Origin: Camelus dromedarius
Taxonomy: Eukaryota
DNA length: 64,000 nt
Direction: 5' to 3'
Assembly (NCBI RefSeq): GCF_036321535.1
Contig: NC_087446.1
Coordinates: 6,076,001 to 6,140,000 of the forward strand
The position numbers and the translations under genes were made by a program. The notes beneath the pieces are model-generated. The model worked only from the letters and a program-made list of their open reading frames with translations, searched no databases and had not been told where the DNA came from. This document shows, piece by piece, positions 23,001 to 33,788 of this stretch. Positions within the stretch are counted from its first letter, which is position 1. Each line of letters begins with the position of its first letter.

Positions 23001-26000
23001 AACTGGCAGGGTGGCCAACCCCTCGGAGTCTCTGTCCTAACGCTTGATCTGTCCCTCTAAGATATCCTCCATCACTCTGCAACATGCTTGTTCTATTTTC
23101 CTCTAGGACTTGTCACCATAAGAAATTTCCTTGTTCACATGTTTGTTTACTTGTTTCCATTCTGACACCTGAGGGACCCAAGGCCAGCCCCTTGAGGGCA
23201 AGGACTTTGACTTTTGCTCAATGGTGTATCCCCAGTACCTTGAGCAGTACTTGGCACAGAGTAGATGCTCAGATACTCCCAGATTTGGAGAAAAGGTGAC
23301 TAAAAAAGTCTGTTTTCCTTTCTTTTTTCTAACTAGTGGGGAGTAGAAGCTGCTGGCGGGAGTCAAGTGACTGAATATATGTGGGTATCATTCACCATAA
23401 TAGATAACTCCAGGGGTCCGTGTTGAAGGAGAATGATCCAAATCTGAGGATATTTACCCCATGGGAATTGGAAATGCCCCTTAGTAGGTAGAATAAACCC
23501 TGGTTGAGCACTTTAACGAATCTCTGATAAGGGAACATAATCTTTCCCTCGAAATAAAGCTTGTTCATAGGTCCATCTTTGCTCTTCCTATCTTGCCAGG
23601 CTCTTAGGCTATAGAACGTCAAACATAATAACCAATAATTTAAAACCCATAGCTCAAAAGTAGGAAAGGGTAAAAAAATGATTCATTTAATTAACATCAG
23701 AGTAAATGGAAAATGTGGACAAAATTGCCTACATTGAGCCAGACGGAAAGAAGTGTCATGGAAACCACTGCCAAAAAAGAGCAAGTCACATGACATGCAA
23801 AAATCTGATGAAGAACCCACTCTGGAAAAAGGAGAAGAAATCTCTTTGTTGAGTGCTTTGTGCCATTGAGAAATTTAATAATAACATGGATTTTTAAAAA
23901 ATGCATTCAGAGACCAAATGATAAAACAACAGAATGAGAGGAAAGGGAGGTTGCAGAGCTAAGGCAAAAAAAGGTCAAAAATTAATACCATATGAGATCT
24001 GTCTAGTAAATACAGAGGAACAGCAAGATCAGAGTAGATGTGCTTAAAATTTTAATTCTTTACAAAGAAGAAAGATTTGAAAAAAGTCACAGCAGAAGTG
24101 TTCAAAATGTAATAGAAGAAAACTTCCCTGGAGTGAGTGAAGAGTTGAATTTGTTCATTAAAAAGGGTACATATATCTTGCTCCAGGAAAAATGGGCACA
24201 GAACACTTTATGTCAAGTTATATCCTAGTTAAGTTATTGAACGTTAAGAGTAAATAATTCTTCAGACTTTTTGGCAGGAAAAATAAATCACCCATATGGT
24301 CACCTGTTTATTCTATTGCCAAATATTTCCAGCTCTCTGAATTTGGAGCATTTAGCAGGAACCAGGATTGCTGGTTTTGACCTTTTGTGGTTGTATTGGG
24401 TTGTATGACCTGTTGTGGTTGTGTGGTTGTGTGTGACTAGTTCTGGCCAATGAGCTGGAAGCAAAAATGATTGTCTCTGTATTGCTGAAGTATTTAATTG
24501 CCAGTGGGAGACCTTCCTCAATACCCTCTTCCTCTCCCGTGGCAACCAGCAGTGTTCTAGAGCGACAGCTTCATCAGCTGAGGTCCAAAGTTATGGTTAG
24601 AGCAGAATACAAATCTGTATCATAATAACAATAATAATAATACAAATGTATGTTTGTAAGTCTTGTTCAAATGGAAGGATAAATTTATAAGAATGTTAAA
24701 TTTCTCACTTTCCTTAATAGAGAATCAATCCAGTATAGATAAAATTAAAACATATAGTTAAAAATAATACCAACGTACTAATTTTTTCATAATCTTTTTA
24801 AATTGGATTCTTTCAGGAAGTAATTCCTTATGAATAAAAAATAATTTATCTAAAGTTCATCTTTTTTTTCAGTTCTACTTTAGTTATTTTGCTTCTACTA
24901 AATTCAAATAAAATTAATACTATTATCCTTTTTAAAATTACGTCTACTGTATTCTGGTATCTGAATGTGTATATGTTATGTACATGGAGAGATGTTTAGA
25001 AAAATGTTCTAATGTTAACAGTAGTAGTATCTAGGTAACTGGACTTTTAGGAGTATACTTTTTTTAAACTTTCATGGTTTTTATACTTTTTGGTATTCTT
25101 GAATTATAAGCTGAGGGGTGGGGGCAGATGGGTAATAGGAATATGTGGAAATGGGGAGAAGTAGAGGGTTAAAAAAAAGGACTTTCAGGTGGTATTCAAC
25201 AATCTGAAACCAAGTCAGACAAGAAGGATGAGGGTAACTTGTCTGAGGTCACACAGCTGATCATTGTCAGATCTGGGATTTGACTTCTATCTGACTACAG
25301 AGGGCTTCAGTCTTAACCCCTAAGTTTCACAGTCCAGCATCCCCTCTTCCAAGCCTGGTCTCCCTTGCAGCATGCAGTGTAGATGGCTAGCCTCCTGCCA
25401 TCTTCTATCCCAAACTCCCTCTTGCCAAGGCAGTTAACTAAACGTCCTGGCAGGGGAGTAAAGCAGGAGCAATCTGGATGGGACCAGCTCTGCTCTGCCC
25501 CTGTGCTCACCTGAGGAGTGTTGACCATAAGAGCTTCAGCTGAATAGGTGAGGAGCGCTTGGCAGCCTCTTCCCCAGTGAAGGGTAGCATGTGAATGAAT
25601 GCTGCTTATGATGTGGGCACATATATCTTTAGTCCTGCAATTTCTTGTTTTCCAGCCACTTGGCAAAGTCCCTCCCGCTGCCCTCCGATGTGAATCGGCC
25701 CCGAATTGACTTGATTGTGTTCGTGGTCAACCTTCACAGCCAACACAGGTGAGAGCCAGAGGATGTCAGGGCTCAGGCAGACCTGGCTTAGGGATGTGCT
25801 GGGATGGTGACCTCACTTGTGATGGGAAGGAGAGAAGACGAAGAGGTTGCCTGGAGTTAACCTAGAGAGTGAGGAGGGGGGAGCCAGTGGCCAATGCAAG
25901 ATGTTTAAAAGACATTGATAAATCCCCGCAGTGTCATCTGTCACTTAGCTAAAGCTCTCTGAGGTCACTCTGTGTCCCTGATAGCAGGCACAGATATAAG

Positions 26001-29000
26001 TGAAACATAAGGTGCTCCTAGTCCCTTAGGGGAAGAAGCTAGACTTTTGAGCAGACAGTTACAGTCCCTGGGATATGTACTGCAAAAGAAGGAAGCATTG
26101 GGCTGTGTGAGCCCAAACAAGACTCTCAGGATTTAGGTCAGGGTAGACTTTCTAGTGGAGGTGACATCTAAATAGACACCTGAAAGATGAGATGGCTCTT
26201 TGGCCAGGAGACAACAGATTCCTTCATCACTCCCTAGACACCGTTGAATGAAATCCTTGACCCAGAAGGTCAGAGTACCCTTGCTGAGGGGAGAATAGTG
26301 TTTTCATACAATTGATATGACCGAATCACTGTAACCTTATTGGAAAGCAATTTGGCGATACTTAATCTACACTGAAAGAAGTGTAGACATACTATGACCC
26401 AGCCATTCCACTGCTAGCATCTGTTCTGCAGAAACATTTGCTTGAATGTGTAAGGATATGTGTAAAAGAATGTTCATGCACACAAATGAGCTTGTTTACA
26501 AAACAGAAAGACTCACAGACATAGGAAACAAACTTATGGTTACCAAAAGGAAAAGGGGGGGATAAATTAGGAGTTTGGGATTAGCAGGTACAAAGTACTA
26601 TAGACAAATAGATAAACAACAGGGTCCTACTATAGAGCACAGGGAGCTATATTCAATAGCCTGTAATAACCTATAATGAAAAACAATATATGTATGTATA
26701 ACTGAATCAGTATGCGGTACACCGGAAACTAACACAACGTTGTAAATCAACTCCACTTCAATTTTTCTTTTTCTTTTTTTTTTTTCTTTTAAGTTTTCTT
26801 TTTTTGGGGGGTGGGTAATCAGATTTATTTATTTTTTTTTTTTTTGGAGGCAGTACTGGGGATTGAACCCAGGTCCTTGGGTATGCTAAGCATGCACTGT
26901 ACCGCTTGAGCTATACCCTCCCCGCTGCACTTCCATTTTTCAAAAAAGAAAGGGCAAAAGAATGTTCATGCAGCATTCTTTGTAATGGTGAAAAACCATT
27001 TAAGGGTCCAACACAGGGAAAATAGTCAGTTTGTGGTTCTGTGTGGTCATTCCAGAGAATGTAACAGGACGTCAAACCCAACTAGACCCAACTAGATGCT
27101 TATACATATCACTGTCTGTATTTTCATATGAAAAAAATTCCAGAAGAATTACACAATTAAACAAACTGTTGGTGGCAGTTATCTCTGGGGAGTTGAGACT
27201 GGAGGGTGGTGCTGGAGGCCAGGGACTTTTACTTTCTACTTACACACCCATATTTACTATTTGATTATTTTACAAACGAGTCACCTTGTAATTAAAAGTA
27301 GTTTTAAGAAATGAAAGGACAGTTGTGTGTGGGGAGGTGGTGTAGTAGATCAAAGGTGGAGTATGTGCTTAGCATGCAGAAGGTCCTGGCTTCAACCCCC
27401 AGCACCTCCACTAAAAAAATAAGTAAGTAAAAATGAGTAAGTAAGTAGATAAATAAATAAATAAATAACTCCTCCCCCCAAAAAAGTTATTTAAAAAAAA
27501 TGGAAGGACAGAGTATGCCTCTAGGGCTATTTCCCATCACCCTCATCTCATCCTCTGGCCTCTGTGGGATCAGAGTGGGGGCCTCTGCTTTCCCTGTTGG
27601 AAGGTTTGTCCTCCGGTTTGTTTTCTTGCCCTGGCCTGGCCTCCCAGCCTCCGGAACGTAGAGGAGTCCCTGCACCACGTGGACTCCACCTTCTTCCTGG
27701 GGAAGGTGAGCTTCCTCGCCACAGGTGGTAAGTCCATCCCTCTTCTCCGGCGCTGCCCACCTTGACCCAGGGTGAGCCGTGGCTGGACCTGTGGGAGGCC
27801 CCTCGCTAAGGCAGCCTGGGTGATGGAAAGAACATGGGCTTTGGGATCTGACCTGTTGTTGGTCTTTATAAAGCGAGTCTGAGCTGATCATTCTCCCAGG
27901 TTAATTCTGCTGAGATAATTGCTCAGAGGTGCCTAATGGCTCTCTCTGGCTTTCAGAGTAAAATCCAAACTCCTGTAAAGGCACAGAGTATTTCGCAGTT
28001 TGGCCTCTGCCTTCCTGTCCTGTCTCATCTATTACTCCTCCGTTCTTTGGTTCAGCTTATAGTTCTCTGAACAAGTCCTGCTGTCCCTGAGACTGTAATG
28101 TTAACAAGGGAAATGATACTAGCTCACCTGTATTGAGCACTCCGTGCACCCCAGACACTGCTTTGTTTCTGTATCACTTAACCTTCACAACAAACAACCC
28201 TGGGAGGTGGGTACCATTTTCTCTATTCTACAGCTGAGGAAACTGTGGCCACGAGGTTAGGTAACTTGCCCAAGGCCCACAGCTAAACGGGTAAGAGCAG
28301 AGATTCACACCTAGAAGTCATATTCCAGAGCCTGTGCCTTTAATGGTTATATGGTGTGGCTTCTCTCAAATACTTTTCCTCTTTGTCTGCCTAACCACTA
28401 TCTTCTGTCTCCTGGGGGATGCCTTCCTGACCAGCCCTACAGTCTGGGCCACTGGGGCTTCCATCCTCCACATGTCTCTGCCAGAGACTCCCCACCCTTC
28501 TGCCTCCACTGACGGCGTGTCTGCCCCCCAGCTGCACTGTGACTCCTTGGTAAATGAATGAACGCCAGGTCATTCCTATATATTAATTCATTGAATCTCT
28601 ATAGTAACTCAGTGGGGAAGAGGCTGTTACTAACCTCATCTGAGAGGTGAGGAAACTCGTATTTTCATAGAGGACTCTATCAAAGCCCCTTCAGCCTTAT
28701 TTTCTGATTTGATGATCTTGACTGCCCTGAAAAGGTAGAACAGGATTGCCCCCCCACTGACTGGTAAGAAACTGAGGCCCAGAGGGGGGAGGTGAATTTC
28801 TTCACCCAGTGCTCCCTAGATTACAGCCATGCGGGTGGAGATTATGGGCTGTGTCTTCTCTGCAGCTGGGCAGGAGAGCCACTGCAGCGTTCACCGGAAC
28901 ACCGTCGTGAAGCTGGCCCACACCTACCGCAGCCCCCTGCTGTTCTGTGACCTGGAGGTGAGGACGCTGCTCACATGGCAGGGCCGGGGCAGTCAGCACA

Positions 29001-32000
29001 CAGTAGACATGTCAGGAATGATGCTTCTTGGAGGGTCGCCGAGTACCTGAGTGAAAGGGCACTAGATGTGGAGACAAGACCCCTGTTTGAATCCTGGCTT
29101 TTGCGCTCACTGTCCTTGGGTGGGTCACCGTGAGTAAGCCTTGGGGTGCACACACGTAAAGCAGGGTGACGCTGGTTGGATACATAGGTGTTGGTTCTGC
29201 CCTGCCTCGCTTCGGCTGGTGTTTCGCACAAGGTGAATCCTAATTGCGCAGGTAGCAAAGCAGATTTCTATTTTGCTGATGAATTTTGCTCCTCAGCCTC
29301 TTTCTGCAGCATGGATCCTGGTGACTTTCTGCTAAAGGGTGCTCAGCAGGAGTTGACGCTGCTCCCTCTGGGAGGCCAGCTAAGGGTTCCCAGGGTCTGG
29401 GCTGCCCCATCTGTGCACCAGGCATTGTCATTGGTTTTGGGGTCTGTCTGTTGGTTTTGAGGTTCATTTTAAAGATTTGTGTTTCTGTTCTGTTCTGGAT
29501 CTTGCACCTGTTCCCAAAGGCAAAGTGATAACCTTTGAGAGAACTGAGTCAGCATGTGGTCCCTCAGCACCATCTAACCAGGAGTTCTTACTCTGGGGTC
29601 TGTGGCCTCCTCTGGTCTGAAGGGAGAAGAATTCAGGGTATTTGTGAACTTGGACGAGAAAAAAATTACTTCTTATTTTCACTAACCTCTAAGTGATATT
29701 TAGCATTATGAATGTAGGCAAGAGATGTCAGTAGTATTAGCAGAACCTGTGACTCTTAGCAATAGAAACACAGGCATTGCCACAGCTCACAGGGATGGGG
29801 GCAGCTCTCATTGCTATTCAGCAGTGCAGAAGTCATTAGACTGAGCTAGATGCCTTCATTCAGTGCATCGGTAAAGATGCACATACCGCTCCATCACGAG
29901 TTGGTGTTTCATATTTGATGACTGTTTTAAGAACCCCGACCAGACCAATGCTCTGATCTCACAGATAGGACCTGAGGTCCCTGGCATGCCTGAATTACCT
30001 GCCCCTGCCAGACTTTTCTCGTATCAGAAGAAGCGGAGGAGAGGGCATAACTTAAGTGGTAGAGTGCATACTTAGCATGCACCAGGTCCTGGACTCAATC
30101 CCCAGTACCTCCTCAAAAAATAAAAATAAATAAGTAACCCTAATTACTTGCCCCACCTCATCCCCGCAAAAAAAAGAAGAGGTGACACTTGCTCACAGTC
30201 ACACAGCTCGTAAGTCAGCAGAGTCAGGTTGGTTGGCAGCTGTCTCTTTCCGTCTTAGCGAGCTGACTGTGTGTCTTTGAATAAGTCACTACCACCCACC
30301 GAACCCCTCCTTCCTTTTCTTATCTCTAAAAGGAAATCCCACTCTACTCCAGCTGAGGTGCCACTTACCTTTGTGATGGGTGGCGCAGTTCTGCACTTAG
30401 CCACGAGGTGGCAGTCTGTACCTCGTCGTGGGTTGTCCTCTAGCCCAAGAACTTCTCTCAAAAAAGGTCTGTGGCGGACTTCCTATTTCCAGCCAGCAGC
30501 AGGCCTGCTGAGAACGTAGACCCAGCATTCTCTCATAAGAGGCACCCAGTGTTTGGACAGTGAACATTCCTCGTATCTGTTTTGTCCTTTTTGGGGTGCA
30601 CTCCTCTGTAGAATCAAATTTGAGCCTGGCCATATTTTGAGGCCTTTGCATGGCAGAAATAATTGGCTCCTTTTTAACAGATGAGGAAACACACCCAAGG
30701 AGGTGTGGGATTCGCCCAGTGAAATTATTCCCCAACGCCATTGATAGGGCCCTGTGCTGGTCGCTGAGAACACAGATGCCTCAGACATTGGCCCTGCCTC
30801 TCAGCATGGAGTGTGATAGCTGATAGCCTGGCGTGTGATAAATGCAGCAGCAGAAGGGTCTACAGAGCTTTGGAAGCCTGGCAGTGGAGTTCAGTCTTTT
30901 CTTCCTGGAGGTGATGGGGCAGTTGTGATGTGGTCAGATGTGGGTTTTGGGGCCACGTCTCTTGGAGTATGATGTGTGGATTGGAAGAGGCCTGGCCAGA
31001 GGCAGCAGCAGCTTGTAGATATGTTTTGGAGGCTATTGCCAAATCCGGGCCTCTGTGCCCCAGTACTGAATTGAAATCTGGAGACAGAGTCTTGGGTGAA
31101 GTAGAAAAGAATAGCTTTATATCTTGGCCAGGGAAACGGGATCACAGGAGGCTAATGCCTCAAGACTGTGAACCCATCTTGGAGAGGGGTAGTAGGGAGT
31201 TTCAGAGTAAGAGTCCAAGGAACAGAGCTTCTGATAAACATCTGTGCTGGGCAGGGGCTGCATTCCTTCCTTCCAGATGCCTTTGGTAATCGCTGTGCTG
31301 GCGTCACCGTCACTGGGGTCTGGAGACAGAGCCTCCTGCCCTGGGGGTTAATCAAACAGTGATTTCTCTATCTTGGTGTCTGGAACAAAGGGTACTCAAG
31401 GGGGAGGGAGAATGCTCTAGGCAAAGGGAAATATGTACAGTTTAGAAGCAGGCTAGAGTGTGCTTTAGCATGAGGGAAGCCATTTTAGGTTACTACTATG
31501 CAGTTACAAATATTGTATGGTTGTAAATGCCCCACTGTTAATCTGCTCCTTCCATCTGATGGTGGTGTTTTGGCATCTGTAAAACTCAGGAAGTATGTAT
31601 GAGATACTGTTATGTAGGTACTTCTGAGAGAAGCTACAGCGGAGCCTACGGGGGAGGGATCCGTCCCGGCAAGGCCTTATAGGGTCCTGCGTGGTCACAA
31701 GGCAAAGGCCACAGAACTTAGAGTAAGAAGATTTATTCAGCAAGTATTTCTTATATAATCTAAAGATTTATTCAACAAGTATTTCTTAAGTGCCAAGCAT
31801 TATTCTAGACACTGGAGATGTAAGAGAGAGCAAAACAGGTTTAAAGCTCTTACCTGTGTTCTAGTGGAGGAAACAGTAGAGGTAGAATGTGTGCTGGTTA
31901 GAGAATGGAGACTGATGTGTCAGGTGGTGGTGAAGCACTAAGATTTAGATGGGAGTGGAGGAGGGGGCGCACTAAAAACAGTGATCCTTATGTAGACGTG

Positions 32001-33788
32001 AAGGAAGGTGCCATGGAGCCTCCTGGTGGAAGAGCCCACTAGGCTGGAGAAACAGCAAATGCAAAGGCCCTGAGTTTGGAATCTGCCTGTTGTGTACAAG
32101 GTCCACAGGGAGGCACGGCACCTGGAACAGAGCTGGGGGAGATGAGTCAGCGTGACAGTGGGGCCAGATCAGTAGGGCTTTGTGGGTTTTAGTAAGAATA
32201 GTGGCTTTCGCTGAGTAAAACTGGAACAGTGGAGGGTGTGGGGCCAGGAAAGGATGCAGCCTGACTTGGGTTTTTATGGGTCCCTCCACCTGTTGGGAGG
32301 AGAGTACGCTGATAGGGAGGCAAGGGCAGAAATAGGAAGATAGGCCTGGGGACTGTATCTGGAAGAGTTCTGAGTGGCCTGGACTCAGTGGTGTCCAGGG
32401 AAGAGGAAGATGGGATGGTCTGTGATGCTGGGTGTTTCTAGATGGGCCCAACAGATGTGCTGGTGGCCTGGATGCGAGATGTGGGAGGAAGAAGGGTCAG
32501 GGTCGTCTCTTGAGTTTTCAGCCTGAGCAACTGGAAGGACAGAGGTGCCTGTGGCTGAGACGGGGACGACTGCAGGTTTGGGGACTCCCAGGAACTCCGA
32601 CTTGGACATACAAAGACGGAGGTGTCTGTTAGACATCTACACAGAAACAGAGCAGGCAGCGGCATACGTGTGTCTGACATTCAGAGTGTCTGGAGATGCA
32701 GTTTGAGCATCATCCTGGAGGTAGATGAGGTCACCCGGGGACTGAGTGTGCAGAGAAGAGCTGCAAAGGCCAAGCCCTGGGGCCCCAGCACTTAGATGCT
32801 GGACAAATGAGCAAGCGGCCTGTGAGATAGGAGGAAAAGCCGGGTGAGGGTGGGGTCCTGGGAGCCAGGCAGAAAAAGCCTTTCAAGGAGGGAGGAAGCA
32901 GCTGCATCAGATTCTGCTGAGAGGAGAATCTCAGGGAGAATGAGGCCAGTGTGCTGAGGACAAGGTGTTACCTCTGGATTTAGAACTGAGGACGTCATGG
33001 GTGACAAATGGTGGAGTAAGAGCAGGAGGACTTGAGGTGCCTGGTCTCTGGCTTGGGTGACTGGTGTTGGTGATACCCCCTCCCCAGTTAGAGAGCGAAC
33101 AGGAGGAGGAGGGGATGCTTCTGAGGCCACCCGTTCGTCAGGGGAGGACATCTGAACGTCATTGTTTGTTCTTCAACAAACATTCATGGAGCATCTCATT
33201 TGCCCGCAGTAGCTGGTACCGAGCCCTAGGGTGGTCTTGCCCTGCCCAATCCCACAGCTCCTCTGGGCCCACCAGCCCTTCAAAGGCCCTGACATGGGAA
33301 CTGTTTGTTGATAGTGCCTCCCTGTCCCCAGTGAGGCCACCCTCTGTCCATCCCTCCTTTCCATCCCTGTGAGTGTCCTTCTCAGGTTGCTGGTAAGGGA
33401 GTCTTTGGAGTCTCTGGAGCCTTTGGAGCCTGTGCTCCCAGGCGTTGGTTGAGACTAGCCCCTGCTCACTGTGTGCCTCTGGACAGTTCACCTAACCTCG
33501 CCAGCCCTTCATTTCTTAAGGAGCCAGGGCATGGCCACAATGGCAGTTCCCCCATCCAGCCCCCAGCCCCGCTCTGGAAGCCCTCGGAACTGCCCCGAGT
33601 AAGGGGAGCAGGCCGCCTCACCGCTTTTCTCTGCTCTTCCCCTGCAGGTAGAAGGCTTTCGAACCACCATGGCGCAGCGCCTGGTCCGCATGCTGCAGAT
33701 CTGCGCAGGCCACGTGCCCGGCGTCTCCGCCCTGAACCTGCTGTCCCTGCTGAGGAGCACTGAGAACCCCTCCCTGGAGGACCTGTGA
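22197..33788 (+). CDS. CENPM: Centromere protein M (pseudo-GTPase), 180 aa; join(22197..22253,22807..22886,25656..25748,27648..27727,28866..28957,33648..33788)
   Basis: Exons of 57+80+93+80+92+141=543 nt, all GT-AG. Translation [55 protein letters not shown]...[20 protein letters not shown] matches recalled CENP-M. AGTAAA at 33839 is a possible polyA signal. Confidence 0.97.
24295..24600. mobile_element. MLT1-type LTR relic
   Basis: tgtgactagttctggccaatgagctggaagc...gtatttaattgccagtgggagacc. Confidence 0.5.
26481..26955 (+). mobile_element. 5'-truncated cetartiodactyl L1 3' end with a 17-bp TSD, inserted in an older L1M relic
   Basis: acaaaacagaaagactcacagacatag...aaacaaacttatggttaccaaa...ctatattcaatagcctgtaataacctataatg...ttgtaaatcaact. 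TSD AAAAGAATGTTCATGCA at 26464-26480 and 26956-26972. Confidence 0.85.
26767..26927 (-). mobile_element. tRNA-Ala-derived camelid SINE (Vic-1 type)
   Basis: Minus strand ggggagggtatagctcaagcggtacagtgcatgcttagcat...gggttcaatccccagtactgcctcc plus A-rich tail. TSD cacttc(a/c)attttt at 26754-26766 and 26928-26940. Confidence 0.85.
27331..27495 (+). mobile_element. tRNA-Ala-derived camelid SINE (Vic-1 type)
   Basis: tRNA-like head (gtgcttagcatgcagaaggtcctggcttcaacccccagcacctcca), A-rich tail, flanking aaatg(a/g)aaggacag direct repeat. Confidence 0.8.
28095..28335 (-). mobile_element. MIR SINE relic (one of many MIR fragments in the window)
   Basis: cttcacaacaa...ccctgggaggtgggtacc...acagctgaggaaactgtggccacgaggttaggtaacttgcccaaggcccacagct. 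Confidence 0.7.
30035..30178 (+). mobile_element. tRNA-Ala-derived camelid SINE (Vic-1 type)
   Basis: gagggcataacttaagtggtagagtgcatacttagcatgcaccaggtcctggactcaatccccagtacctcc followed by aaataaataagtaaccctaattac tail. Confidence 0.8.
31034..31699 (-). mobile_element. Solo ERV1-class LTR (666 bp) in CENPM intron 5
   Basis: Termini TATTGCC...GGTCACA on + (TG...CA-like); 4-bp TSD AGGC at 31030-31033 and 31700-31703. Internal ggagacagagtcttgggtgaagtagaaaagaatagctttat resembles the recalled cetartiodactyl ERV1 LTR. Confidence 0.75.
31760..32860 (-). mobile_element. L2 LINE relic
   Basis: atttattcaacaagtatttcttaagtgcc followed by typical L2 3' region (ttgagttttcagcctgagcaactggaaggac...ttggacat). 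Confidence 0.65.

Noticed and set aside
31728-31788. 26-bp near-perfect tandem duplication
   Set aside because: Local duplication at an L2 end with no sign of function.
33386-33433. Possible 7-nt microexon (AG|GTTGCTG|GTAAGG) followed by four 9-bp repeats in CENPM intron 5
   Set aside because: Would frameshift CENPM; such splice-like pairs occur by chance and nothing else supports it.
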